Positions 7,773-16,840 of a stretch of DNA of 28,675 nt are shown piece by piece. Both the position numbers and the translations under genes were made by a program. The DNA is taken from IMG/VR virus record IMGVR_UViG_3300036824_000014, positions 1-28,675 of that record. One strand, given 5' to 3'. Every line of letters begins with the position of its first letter. Positions within the stretch are counted from its first letter, which is position 1. The notes under the pieces were generated by a model that saw nothing but the letters and a program-made list of their open reading frames with translations, ran no database searches and had not been told where the DNA came from. This DNA is from a virus (Duplodnaviria > Caudoviricetes).

Positions 7773-7820
7773 GTTCATGCTATGTGCGAGCTATGTGCCG
7801 CCTATGTGCTGCGTTTGTTC
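7773..7820. repeat. five-unit 11-bp-period tandem array
   Basis: GTTC-N7-GTGC-N7-GTGC-N7-GTGC-N7-GTTC; central units share CTATGTGC. Confidence 0.75.
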
Positions 7821-7993
7821 ACTGTGGCCGTTTAGCAACAGGCAGCGGCTTCAGCTTAGGGGGTGGGGGCCCAAACTCGAGCTTGGCCAGCCAGCCAAAG
7901 CCCATCCGCAAATTTTGCGCAATTTCAGAGGCCCATATCTGGGCAAGAGCCCCCCAAAGTGCTTGATTTTGTATACACCGTCGAAGAAAAAGC

Positions 7994-8022
7994 TTGACAA
8001 ATAGGCGAAAGTATGATACAAT
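7994..8022 (+). promoter_or_regulatory. sigma70-type promoter for the morphogenesis operon
   Basis: TTGACA-17 nt-TACAAT with TGn extended -10. Confidence 0.8.
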
Positions 8023-8066
8023 GCGGGGATAATAGAATGCTCGAACCTTAAGCGCAGGGTGCCTTT

Positions 8067-8789
8067 GTGGTTGGGCGATCGGCGAAATTGGCGGAAATTG
8101 TTAAAGTACGGGAATTGCGCTTAGACGAAGTCTTGGGCGTTAAGCGGGGAAGTGTGCCTGCGGTTAAGCGATTTCGTGATAGCCATCATAGAATGGCGCA
8201 GTTGTTTGCGTGTGGGCTGAGGACAAGGGAAGTTGCCGAGCTTACTGGGTATTCATTGGCGAGGGTTAGTGTATTGCGGGCTACGCCGGCTTTTGGCGAT
8301 TTAGTTGACCAGAAGCGAGGGCTTGATGAGGAAGTGCTTAAGGATGGAATGCAAGCCTATCATCAGATGATATTGGAGAATGGCATTAAGGCCGAGCGCA
8401 AGATTGCGGATAAGCTCGATGATGACGATGAAACGGAGGAGATGTCGGTAAGAGAGCTTATATCGATATCTCGGGACTCGGCGGATAGAGTTGGGCTTAG
8501 TAAGCGAAGTGTGCAGACGAATGTTAGTGTGGACTTCGCCCAGTTGCTAGATAGGGCCATTGCACGGACTCGAACGGTTAAGGAAATTGAGGTTAAAGCC
8601 CTAGAGCCTGTATTAATGGCCGAAGGCCTTACTACCCGATCGGATAACCTAAAAGCCGAAGGCCCTGTTACCAGGGCCAGGGAAACTCAAAAGGTTGAAG
8701 TGGGGGCTGATGCTAAGCCCAATGGCGGGATTTTGACAATAGATCAAGTTCCAATACTAAATAAGCCCAAGTTCAAGCGAAGGTTCTAA
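8067..8789 (+). CDS. HTH protein, putative terminase small subunit
   Basis: HHRMAQLFACGLRTREVAELTGYSLARVSVL is HTH-like; helical oligomerisation-like middle; first gene of the packaging operon. Confidence 0.6.
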   Translation: MVGRSAKLAEIVKVRELRLDEVLGVKRGSVPAVKRFRDSHHRMAQLFACGLRTREVAELTGYSLARVSVLRATPAFGDLVDQKRGLDEEVLKDGMQAYHQMILENGIKAERKIADKLDDDDETEEMSVRELISISRDSADRVGLSKRSVQTNVSVDFAQLLDRAIARTRTVKEIEVKALEPVLMAEGLTTRSDNLKAEGPVTRARETQKVEVGADAKPNGGILTIDQVPILNKPKFKRRF

Positions 8790-9493
8790 TGCCGACTGTG
8801 CCGAGACGAGAACGGGATATGCCGCTTACGTCAGACACTTATGAGTCGATACTTGGAACTAAGCGAAAGTCATTTCCTGTTGGGCAGCCTAGGCCAGGTG
8901 AGTTTATGCCGTTAAGGCAAGAGATTGCTAAGCGAACAGCTGAGGCTGAAGATCCTAATCAGCTATATGCGGGGTTACCAAAGCTGATAAATAGGGAGGC
9001 TTGGAGTAGATTTATTGCGCAGGGCCAGAAGTCCTCACGTGTCGAGCAGGCGGCGCCTATGGCTAAGCCAACTCAGGCGCAAATGGAGTCCTTCGAGCAA
9101 GATCCGGAGGCCGTTGAGAAATTCCTCGGAAAGCCAGCAAAGGAGCAACTCCCAAGTTGGGGCCAGCCTAATATGAAGGCTGTGGCCACTAAGAAGTTAG
9201 GTCTAAGTGACGAAGAGCAGTTTCTGTATCAGCATCACTTGGATAACTTAGCTAAGGGCGGTGTAGCTGCGCCGGGCGGCAAAACATCAACTATTTTAGC
9301 GCAGACAGTTGAGTCTGATGGCAAGCATTATGTAATCCCCACAGTTTGGGACAACAAGATTGTAAGCGGCGATCAAGCTACGAAGAATGCTCAGGCAATT
9401 GGCTTTGATAAGTTCCCCTCATATGATAGCGAAGTTGAGGCTGAGAATCGCTACATGCAGATGCATGACTATATGGATAAGGATACGCAATAG
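8789..9493 (+). CDS. hypothetical protein, possible virion-internal protein
   Basis: TAATG coupling; C-terminal globular segment STILAQTVESDGKHYVIPTVWD...FPSYDSEVEAE. Confidence 0.65.
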   Translation: MPTVPRRERDMPLTSDTYESILGTKRKSFPVGQPRPGEFMPLRQEIAKRTAEAEDPNQLYAGLPKLINREAWSRFIAQGQKSSRVEQAAPMAKPTQAQMESFEQDPEAVEKFLGKPAKEQLPSWGQPNMKAVATKKLGLSDEEQFLYQHHLDNLAKGGVAAPGGKTSTILAQTVESDGKHYVIPTVWDNKIVSGDQATKNAQAIGFDKFPSYDSEVEAENRYMQMHDYMDKDTQ

Positions 9494-9496
9494 CGA

Positions 9497-10276
9497 ATGC
9501 CCTACGATGATTTATATGAAAAGCACGGGCGTAGAGTTGGCATTGACCCTAGTTGGCTCAAGCGTATTGCTCAAATTGAGAATTCTGAGCGGGCTACAGG
9601 CTGTACTGGTAGTTATTGCGGTCTATTTCAGATGAGCAAGAGCGAATTCGCTCGTAATGGCGGAACAGGCTCAATCTTCGATCCTGAGCAAAACACAATG
9701 GCGGCTGCTAATAAGATGGCTCGAGAAGCACTGGCCTTTAAGGGAAAGTATGGGCGAGATGCAACTCTAGGCGATATCTACATGGTTCATCAGCAAGGCG
9801 AGGCTGGATATGATGCCCATATGCGCAACCCAGATGCGCCAGCTTGGCAAAATATGTACTCCACAAGCGAAGGTAAAGAAAAAGGCGCTGGCTGGTCTAA
9901 ACTTGCCATTAGGCTCAATACTCCAGGCGGCGTAGCTCAATATGGTGGTGTTGAGAATATAACTAGCCAGCAGTTTGTAGATAGTTGGAATGAAAGGCTA
10001 GGTAAGGGTGGTGCCATAATGGGCGGCCATGAGCCCGGAGGGCTACCTCGTCAAGCAGAAGACTTGCCTGAAGAAGGTGCAATAATAACAAGTGAGGATG
10101 CGGGCCTTCCAGAAGGGGCACCTGGTGCCAAACGCACTCGAGCCGGTCGAGGCGCTGCTGACGCTGCTAAAGATGATAAGAGCCTACTCAATCTGGAGGA
10201 AGAAGACTTTAAGCCCAACATACCTAAGTTCCAGGTGCCTGACCTTAGTGTGAAGTTCACAGAAGGTATGACTTAA
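9497..10276 (+). CDS. lytic transglycosylase (SLT/lysozyme-like)
   Basis: GIDPSWLKRIAQIENS (catalytic Glu), GLFQM and FDPEQN motifs; disordered C-terminal tail. Confidence 0.8.
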   Translation: MPYDDLYEKHGRRVGIDPSWLKRIAQIENSERATGCTGSYCGLFQMSKSEFARNGGTGSIFDPEQNTMAAANKMAREALAFKGKYGRDATLGDIYMVHQQGEAGYDAHMRNPDAPAWQNMYSTSEGKEKGAGWSKLAIRLNTPGGVAQYGGVENITSQQFVDSWNERLGKGGAIMGGHEPGGLPRQAEDLPEEGAIITSEDAGLPEGAPGAKRTRAGRGAADAAKDDKSLLNLEEEDFKPNIPKFQVPDLSVKFTEGMT

Positions 10277-10340
10277 GGAGAGGCCACAAAATAATCCGCT
10301 ATATCCCGATGGACCAACTAATGCTCAGGGGCCAGAGGTT

Positions 10341-10694
10341 ATGGCTCAAGCGCAAGCCGAGCACCCAGCAGACGCCACTCCCGACATTGACTGGAGTGAA
10401 ATAACTCAGCACTTAAATAAAGGAAGCCTACCGCCTTATGGATTGCCGAGAACTTCGATGGATACGAAGGGCCATAAAGTAATCGAGACTGAAGCTCCAG
10501 ACTTAAGCGGCAAAACTGACTTTAGTGATCTATACAAGGAACTGGACAACGTCACTAAAAGCTACAAACTAAAGGACGGAGACGTAGTTATAATGCACAA
10601 TAAGCAGGGAAATCAGTTCGGTTATAGGAAAGATAGCCGCCATGATGACCCTGGTTATAGTCACTTCTTCCCGCCGAAAGGCTTGATGTACTGA
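10341..10694 (+). CDS. hypothetical protein
   Basis: GAGG SD; TGATG coupling to terL. Confidence 0.6.
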   Translation: MAQAQAEHPADATPDIDWSEITQHLNKGSLPPYGLPRTSMDTKGHKVIETEAPDLSGKTDFSDLYKELDNVTKSYKLKDGDVVIMHNKQGNQFGYRKDSRHDDPGYSHFFPPKGLMY

Positions 10695-12232
10695 TGAACG
10701 AATCCCTGCTAGGCTGGCTAGCCGAAACTTCGAGGGACCCATATGCGTTCGTCATGGGTGCGTTCCCTTGGGGTGAGAATGATACTCGCCTAGCAGGGTA
10801 CCCTAATGGACCCGAGCCATGGCAAAAGGGCATCCTCAACCTGATCCGTGACGGGTTGTTGGATGTAAATCGGGCCATTCAGTTGGCGGTGGCTTCAGGC
10901 CACGGGATTGGCAAAACTGCACTTGTCTCGTGGATCATCCTCTGGGCTCTCTCCACGAAGCCTGACACTAGAGGCGTAGTCACCGCCAATACTGAAACTC
11001 AGCTTAAGACCAAGACTTGGGCCGAGCTCGGTAAGTGGTTTCATATGTTCATCGGCAAGGACTTCTTTCAGCTTACAGCAACGGCGATCTTCGCCAAGGA
11101 CAGTATTCATGAACGTACTTGGCGCATTGACATGGTGCCGTGGTCTGAGCGGAACACCGAAGCGTTTGCAGGTCTACACAATAAGGAGCGACGCATTTTG
11201 GTGGTCTTCGACGAGGCCTCGGCAATACCTGACGTTATCTGGGAGACTACCGAAGGCGCTCTTACCGATGCTAACACTGAAATCGTATGGTGTGTATTCG
11301 GAAATCCGACTCGCAACACCGGAAGGTTCCGTGAGTGTTTTCCTGGCCAGAGGCACTCCAAGCAATGGAACTCGAGGCAAATCGATAGCCGTGAGGTCTC
11401 GCTTACCAATAAAGACCAACTCCAAGCGTGGGTCGATGCATACGGCGATGACTCTGATTTCGTACGAGTTCGTGTTAGGGGCATCTTCCCACGAACTGGC
11501 GAAATGGAGTTCATCTCAGAGGAGGATGTCGATAAGGCCATCGCTCGGGAGCTAGATGGTTCGTCAAATGATCCGCTAGTCATTGGCGTTGACGTTGCGA
11601 GGTATGGACAGAATGAATCAGTCATTTGGTTCCGCAAGGGCAGAGATGCCCGCTCAATCCCACCAATTCGCTTACGAGGCGCATCTACTGTTGAGGTTGC
11701 TGGTAAAGTGCTTGAGGCTCATAATCGATACCATGTGGATGCTGTATTCATTGATGGTGGCGGTGTCGGCGGTGGTGTTGTTGATAATTGCCGTGCCTTG
11801 CATCTTAGTGTGTTCGATATTCAATTTGGCTCTAAAGCCGAAGGCATAGGTTGGGCTACCGGCAACGAAGGTGAACGCTATGCCAACAAGCGAGCCGAGA
11901 TGTGGGGGGCCCTACGGGCCTGGCTTGGTAGTGGCTGTATCCCATTCGATCGAGACCTTAAGGCCCAACTAGTCGGGCCACTATATACTTTCACACTAAA
12001 GAATGAAATTCTGCTTGAGAAGAAGGAGCAGATGATGAGTCGGGGGCTTGAGTCGCCAGACTTAGCGGATGCCCTTGCGCTAACATTTGCTATGCCAGTT
12101 GCAGCCACATACCGTGACTTTAAGAAGCCAACTGTTGAGTCTGAATATAATCCCTTCAGCAAAGAATCTATTTACGCCGAAGTCCACAAGTCGCCTGAGC
12201 CCTTATATGGCGAATATGAGAGACTGCAATGA
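10694..12232 (+). CDS. terL: terminase large subunit
   Basis: Walker A SGHGIGKT, Walker B VVFDEAS, coupling GNP, RNase H-like IGVDVAR...FIDG...SPDLADAL. Confidence 0.95.
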   Translation: MNESLLGWLAETSRDPYAFVMGAFPWGENDTRLAGYPNGPEPWQKGILNLIRDGLLDVNRAIQLAVASGHGIGKTALVSWIILWALSTKPDTRGVVTANTETQLKTKTWAELGKWFHMFIGKDFFQLTATAIFAKDSIHERTWRIDMVPWSERNTEAFAGLHNKERRILVVFDEASAIPDVIWETTEGALTDANTEIVWCVFGNPTRNTGRFRECFPGQRHSKQWNSRQIDSREVSLTNKDQLQAWVDAYGDDSDFVRVRVRGIFPRTGEMEFISEEDVDKAIARELDGSSNDPLVIGVDVARYGQNESVIWFRKGRDARSIPPIRLRGASTVEVAGKVLEAHNRYHVDAVFIDGGGVGGGVVDNCRALHLSVFDIQFGSKAEGIGWATGNEGERYANKRAEMWGALRAWLGSGCIPFDRDLKAQLVGPLYTFTLKNEILLEKKEQMMSRGLESPDLADALALTFAMPVAATYRDFKKPTVESEYNPFSKESIYAEVHKSPEPLYGEYERLQ

Positions 12233-12510
12233 GCTTTGTGCCTAAGTTCTTCTCGAGCGTCTTTGGCGGAGGAGGGGGTGGAGGAGCACCAGCTGCCGCA
12301 CCTGCTGTTCCTGCCGTGCCGCCACCAGCGCCAGCTCCACCGCTTCCTCCTGCCCCAGCTGCCCCTACAGCACCGCCAACTCCGCCATCGTTTGTCCCGT
12401 CACTTAGCCCAGGCCAGAAGGCCCAAAAGGCAGCTGGCACCGCAACTTCGATACTTGGTGCTGCTGCTACAGCTGGCCAGTCGGCTAAGAAGACGCTGTT
12501 GGGTGCGTAG
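12229..12510 (+). CDS. Pro/Ala-rich small virion protein preceding portal
   Basis: Low-complexity G/P/A with C-terminal KKTLLG, typical of pre-portal small proteins of podoviruses; ATGA overlap. Confidence 0.75.
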   Translation: MSFVPKFFSSVFGGGGGGGAPAAAPAVPAVPPPAPAPPLPPAPAAPTAPPTPPSFVPSLSPGQKAQKAAGTATSILGAAATAGQSAKKTLLGA

Positions 12511-12511
12511 C

Positions 12512-13639
12512 GTGCCACAAGTGCCGATGCTAGATCCATCTCAAGTATCTGGTGAGGCCAGTGGGCAGGGCCTTATGGGTGGTGGTAAGGACAACGTAAC
12601 GCCTGAGCATCTGCTAATGGCGGCTGCAACTATGCATGATATGGGGCGCCTAATCGAGCCCTCAGCGGGCAGGGCTGGTCTTAGGATGCCAGGTATGGCC
12701 AAGCCATCTGGCCATGGCCGTAAGGGCGGAGTAAAGTCCCGTGCTAAGGGGGGCCCTGTAGAGCCTGGCGAGCCCTATCTGGTAGGTGAGGAAGGCCCTG
12801 AAGTTGTTGTTCCAAAGCAGAAAGGAACTGTGGTTGCAGCGGCGGATCTGCCACTTGACCCAACCCAAGATCCATTTAAAGTTCGTGGAGAAACAGGTGG
12901 GGGTGGTGGTGCTTCTGTAGGAGCACTCCAATCGGTTAAGCCATCTGGTCAAGGTTGGCTTAAGGCGCTTGTTAAAGGAGGCGGTAGCAAAAGTAGTATA
13001 GATAAGATAGCCGAGAATGCAATCAAGAACGTATATCAGATATCTGAAGAGTTTGCCACAAAGCATGCATCAACGTCTGCAAAGCCTATGTCACAACAAG
13101 ATTGGATGGCACTTAAGAATAAATTCAGTGCACCAACTCCATTACCAGCTCGTGCTCAAGAGGGTGGCTTTAACCCAGAGTACCCAATGTATAAGGGCGG
13201 CACTGCTAAAGGAAGAACTCAATTAAAGGACCCATCTACGAAGACTTCAGAAAGAGGTCAATTCTTTGCCGAAGATCCAAATGTTGCAGCAGAATATGGA
13301 GAGCATGTAAGTCAATACGTCGCAGCCCCAAAGAACCCTGCTGTTGTTGACTTGAAAGGACGTGAGTATGACAAAGCAACAATGCATGAAATTGTAGAGG
13401 GTGCAAGGTCTAAGGGCCACGATCTAGTTATAGTTAGGAATATGAAAGATATAGGTCCTACTTCTCAAGGGCATATTACTGACCAGAACCAAATAGTCGT
13501 AACAGATCCCTCCATTGTTAGGAGCCCATCAGCTAAATTTGATCCAGAGAAGTTCCATCTTAATGACTTATTAGGAGGCATCATTGGAGCCTTAGGACTT
13601 GGAGCAGCAGCTAAAGGGCGTAAAAAAGAAGAGCAATAA
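12512..13639 (+). CDS. mosaic protein with C-terminal ART-PolyVal-like (ADP-ribosyltransferase fold) domain
   Basis: GTG 12512 follows the upstream stop (track start 12236 is probably too long); RAKGGPV...YLVGEEGPE motif; YKG...GQFFAEDPNVAAEY...KNP...GHDLVI...IVVTDPSIVRS...KFDP. Confidence 0.65.
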   Translation: MPQVPMLDPSQVSGEASGQGLMGGGKDNVTPEHLLMAAATMHDMGRLIEPSAGRAGLRMPGMAKPSGHGRKGGVKSRAKGGPVEPGEPYLVGEEGPEVVVPKQKGTVVAAADLPLDPTQDPFKVRGETGGGGGASVGALQSVKPSGQGWLKALVKGGGSKSSIDKIAENAIKNVYQISEEFATKHASTSAKPMSQQDWMALKNKFSAPTPLPARAQEGGFNPEYPMYKGGTAKGRTQLKDPSTKTSERGQFFAEDPNVAAEYGEHVSQYVAAPKNPAVVDLKGREYDKATMHEIVEGARSKGHDLVIVRNMKDIGPTSQGHITDQNQIVVTDPSIVRSPSAKFDPEKFHLNDLLGGIIGALGLGAAAKGRKKEEQ

Positions 13640-15372
13640 TGCCTAGACTAAGCGAAGAAGACGAGAAATACCACGCTCATGTTAATGAGCGGCTCTTAGG
13701 GCTTCGTGTAAACCGCTACTCTTGGTGGGTCCATGCTCGTGAGCTTGCTGACTTCCTGCTGCCCCGACGCTACAAGTGGCTTATTACGCCCAACCAAATG
13801 ACACGTGGTTCGCCAATCAATCAACATATTTTAGACTCAACTGGCACTCTAGCCGCTAGAAACTTAGCCTCCGGGATGATGTCAGGCATATCTTCGCCTA
13901 CTAGGCCTTGGTTTCGCTTGAAGATCGGCTATCAGGACTCGACTCAAACTTCACCAATCAGCCTTTGGCTTGCTGAGTGCGAACGGTTGATGATGCTTGT
14001 GTTCCAGGCCTCTAACTTCTACAACTCTATTGCGATCGTTTACTTTGACTTAGTGATCTTCGGCACCGCTGTGATGTTGATTTATGAGGACTATGAGAAT
14101 GTCATCAATTGCATTAATCCCTGCTTTGGAGAGTATTATATTGACAACGACGGTAAGTACAGGCCTCGTATCTTACTCCGAGAGTTCACGCTTACGGTCG
14201 ATCAAGTCGTTGATGAATTCGGCGAGGAGAACGTCTCAGACCAAGTCAAGCGGCTCTACGATGAAGGCAAGGCTGCCCTTACTAGGGAGATAATAGTAGC
14301 TCATGCAATCGAGCCCAACGACGATGGACGCAAGTTTGGAATCCCTGATACCTTCAAGTTTAGAGAGGCTTATTGGGAATGGGGTGGGTCGGTGTACCCG
14401 CAAGGAGGCTATGCTAACATCCATCAGGGCTTTCTTCGTAAGCGAGGGTTTCATGAAGCTCCGAATATCGCTGTCAGATGGGACCTCGTTTCTAACGATG
14501 CGTATGGACGGAGCCCAGGCATGGACGCTCTGCCAGATGTTAAGCAACTTCAACAAGAGATACGCCGTAAGGGCCAGGCCATCGATAAAACGGTTAATCC
14601 ACCTATGGTGGCTGACATACAGCTGAAAAACCAACCAGCGTCGTTGCTTCCAGGCGGCGTCACTTATATCTCAGGCATGATGCAAGCGGGCAACGCAGGC
14701 TTTACCACCGCATATGGCAATTGGCGTCCAGACATCGCCGCTATTAGTGAAGACCTAAACGAAGTTCGTGAGCGTATCCGGAAGGTATTCTTTAATGATG
14801 TATTCCAGGTCATTTCGCAATTCGAAACTCGCTCCAATGTAAGCGCAACCGAAATCGATGCCCGGCGCTCAGAGGCGCTGATAATGCTTGGCCCTGTGCT
14901 AGAGAGAATACAATATGAGCTGCTGTCTCCTGTCATCGAACGAACCTTCGCAATTATGTCTAGGGCCGGAGTTCTGCCACCACCCCCAGCTGAAATTCAA
15001 GGAGCTAATATCGATATCGAGTATATCTCCATGCTACTCCAAGCACAGCTTGCATCAGCAACTTCAGGCATTGAACGCACTCTACAAATGGCTGGATCCC
15101 TCGCTGGTCTCGATCCAGGAGTCATGGACAACATCGACACCGACTTTGCCCTCGCAAAATACTCAACCTTGATGAACAATGACCCTCGTCTTATACGCTC
15201 GCCACAACAATTACAGATGATCCGTCAGCAGCGGGCACAGGCGCAGCAGCAAGAGCAGCAAAATGCAATGGCTGATCGAGCGCAGAAGCTCTCAGCAGGC
15301 GCTAAAAACTTGTCTGATGTTGATGTTGGCGGTGGGAAGAATGCACTTCAATCGATGCTGGGTGTGGGATGA
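13639..15372 (+). CDS. portal (head-to-tail connector) protein
   Basis: 577 aa; DSTGTLAARNLASGMMSG..SPTRPWF, RW...YGRSPGM, SATEI, LGPVLER motifs of T7/BPP-1-type portals. Confidence 0.95.
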   Translation: MPRLSEEDEKYHAHVNERLLGLRVNRYSWWVHARELADFLLPRRYKWLITPNQMTRGSPINQHILDSTGTLAARNLASGMMSGISSPTRPWFRLKIGYQDSTQTSPISLWLAECERLMMLVFQASNFYNSIAIVYFDLVIFGTAVMLIYEDYENVINCINPCFGEYYIDNDGKYRPRILLREFTLTVDQVVDEFGEENVSDQVKRLYDEGKAALTREIIVAHAIEPNDDGRKFGIPDTFKFREAYWEWGGSVYPQGGYANIHQGFLRKRGFHEAPNIAVRWDLVSNDAYGRSPGMDALPDVKQLQQEIRRKGQAIDKTVNPPMVADIQLKNQPASLLPGGVTYISGMMQAGNAGFTTAYGNWRPDIAAISEDLNEVRERIRKVFFNDVFQVISQFETRSNVSATEIDARRSEALIMLGPVLERIQYELLSPVIERTFAIMSRAGVLPPPPAEIQGANIDIEYISMLLQAQLASATSGIERTLQMAGSLAGLDPGVMDNIDTDFALAKYSTLMNNDPRLIRSPQQLQMIRQQRAQAQQQEQQNAMADRAQKLSAGAKNLSDVDVGGGKNALQSMLGVG

Positions 15373-15548
15373 GAGGACATGTTGTGTCATGCCGACTTAC
15401 TCAAGGTGAGTTTGACTCATTTAAGGAAGTTTGCGTACGCCATGGCTGTACCGTTCAGGATATGTTAAGGGCAGTTGTAATAGACGCCCTTTATGACGAG
15501 GGCTTAAATGTACGACGCCGGGAACAAGAAAGATGTACGTCGTCTTGA
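15369..15548 (+). CDS. 59-aa ribbon-helix-helix-like protein
   Basis: MRGHVVSCRLTQGEFDSFKEVCVRHGCTVQDMLRAVVIDAL...; ATGA overlap with the portal stop; below ORF-track cutoff. Confidence 0.6.
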   Translation: MRGHVVSCRLTQGEFDSFKEVCVRHGCTVQDMLRAVVIDALYDEGLNVRRREQERCTSS

Positions 15549-15948
15549 AAAGCAAGCTAAGCTCGAAGAACAGCAGCGGCGTGAGATCGTCACTGGTATC
15601 ATGTCAGTTGCTCCTGGTCGAAGGTGGATATGTGAGATGCTCGAGCACTGCCACATCTTTGCTACCTCCTATTCTGATGTTGCCAACAGAATGGCCTTTA
15701 TGGAAGGTCAACGAGAAATTGGCCTCAATCTGCTTGGCGACATTATGTCTGCCTGCCCTGATTCCTACATAACCATGATGAGGGAAAGAAATGAACGAAG
15801 CACCACAGCAGACATCAGAAATCGCAAGGACGCCAACGGGCGAGATAGCGGACAAGGGCCAGACGACGGTGCCGGTAGTGACGACACCGCAGACGAGTAC
15901 TACTACCGAGTCTCCGGCCTCGCCGGAGACGGAAAAGAGCCTAGCTAG
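15508..15948 (+). CDS. Bbp19-like conserved post-portal protein
   Basis: IMS..PGRRWI..ML..C.IF..SY....MAF.EGQREIGL.LL pattern and position between portal and scaffold. Confidence 0.8.
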   Translation: MYDAGNKKDVRRLEKQAKLEEQQRREIVTGIMSVAPGRRWICEMLEHCHIFATSYSDVANRMAFMEGQREIGLNLLGDIMSACPDSYITMMRERNERSTTADIRNRKDANGRDSGQGPDDGAGSDDTADEYYYRVSGLAGDGKEPS

Positions 15949-16486
15949 TCAAACTGGAACTTCATTAGCCAATCAGCCTGCTGCTGGTGCCCCGGAAGCA
16001 TATGACCCATTCACAGTTCCGGAGGGCTTTGAGCTAAGCGAAGGGGTTCAGAAAGAAGCTGGGGAGTTGTTCAAAGCCATGAACTTGGCGCAAGGCGATG
16101 CTCAGCGGCTAGTTGACTTCTATTCGCATAAAACCCTTGAGGCCGTAAATGCTCCTTATGACGCATGGCGTAAGACTCAGGAAGAGTGGGTTAAGCAAGT
16201 CAAGGCTGATCCAGGTATTGGCCCCAGACTTAGCGAGGTTACTCAAACTATATCCAGAGCTATTGACTCGCTCGGAGATGCTAAGCTTGCGTCAGAGTTT
16301 AGAGCAGCTATGGATTACACTGGAGCGGGCAATAACCCAGCGTTCATCAAAGCATTTTACAAACTAGCACAAAAAGTCACTGAAGGTGGCCATGTCTCCG
16401 GACGAGGCCCTTCACCAGCAGGTCAACAGCGTCCAGGAACCACAGCAGGTTTGGGTTCTAGGGCCATGTATCCCAACCTGCCCTAG
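15791..16486 (+). CDS. capsid scaffolding protein
   Basis: Disordered T/P-rich N-terminus, APEAY.F.VPEG, TGAGNNPAFIKAF, C-terminal MYPNL; upstream of the major capsid gene. Confidence 0.8.
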   Translation: MNEAPQQTSEIARTPTGEIADKGQTTVPVVTTPQTSTTTESPASPETEKSLASQTGTSLANQPAAGAPEAYDPFTVPEGFELSEGVQKEAGELFKAMNLAQGDAQRLVDFYSHKTLEAVNAPYDAWRKTQEEWVKQVKADPGIGPRLSEVTQTISRAIDSLGDAKLASEFRAAMDYTGAGNNPAFIKAFYKLAQKVTEGGHVSGRGPSPAGQQRPGTTAGLGSRAMYPNLP

Positions 16487-16501
16487 CCTAGGAGTGGATA
16501 A

Positions 16502-16840
16502 ATGTCAGACTCTTTAGATAAGTATAACAGAAGAAGAAGGAATGGTAAATTTGAGCCAGATCCTAACACTGCGCCTGCTAGTGAGGATGCTTATGAGATT
16601 GATAAAAGCTACAAGTTTGCAAGTAACGGTCTTATAGAGGAAATTAGACAGATGCTTGATGATGCTAGTAGGCGCTGTTCAGATATAAACCATAAAGCTG
16701 TTAGAGATGTTTGTGAGGTCTTACATAGGAAATATTTACATAAAGGAGCGACAGTTGATAAATTAGTATCAATAGTTGAGGATGTGTGTAACGAAATGGA
16801 AAAAGAGCGTATGCTCGAGAAGCTTGTTCATAAGAAGTAA
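16502..16840 (+). CDS. AT-rich inserted gene (moron-like), unknown function
   Basis: AGGAG SD; visibly more AT-rich than flanks; interrupts scaffold-capsid synteny. Confidence 0.65.
   Translation: MSDSLDKYNRRRRNGKFEPDPNTAPASEDAYEIDKSYKFASNGLIEEIRQMLDDASRRCSDINHKAVRDVCEVLHRKYLHKGATVDKLVSIVEDVCNEMEKERMLEKLVHKK

Noticed and set aside
7773-7820. CRISPR mini-array
   Set aside because: 11-bp period with no spacer-sized unique sequence; no cas genes
7191-8004. Plus-strand ORFs 7191..7637, 7517..7966 and 7771..8004
   Set aside because: No SD, composition reflects C/G-rich regulatory DNA, and they overlap repeats, a promoter and a better minus-strand gene
12236-12511. N-terminal extension of the 467-aa ORF
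   Set aside because: Out-of-frame shadow of the Pro-rich 12229 gene; GTG 12512 directly after its stop is more plausible
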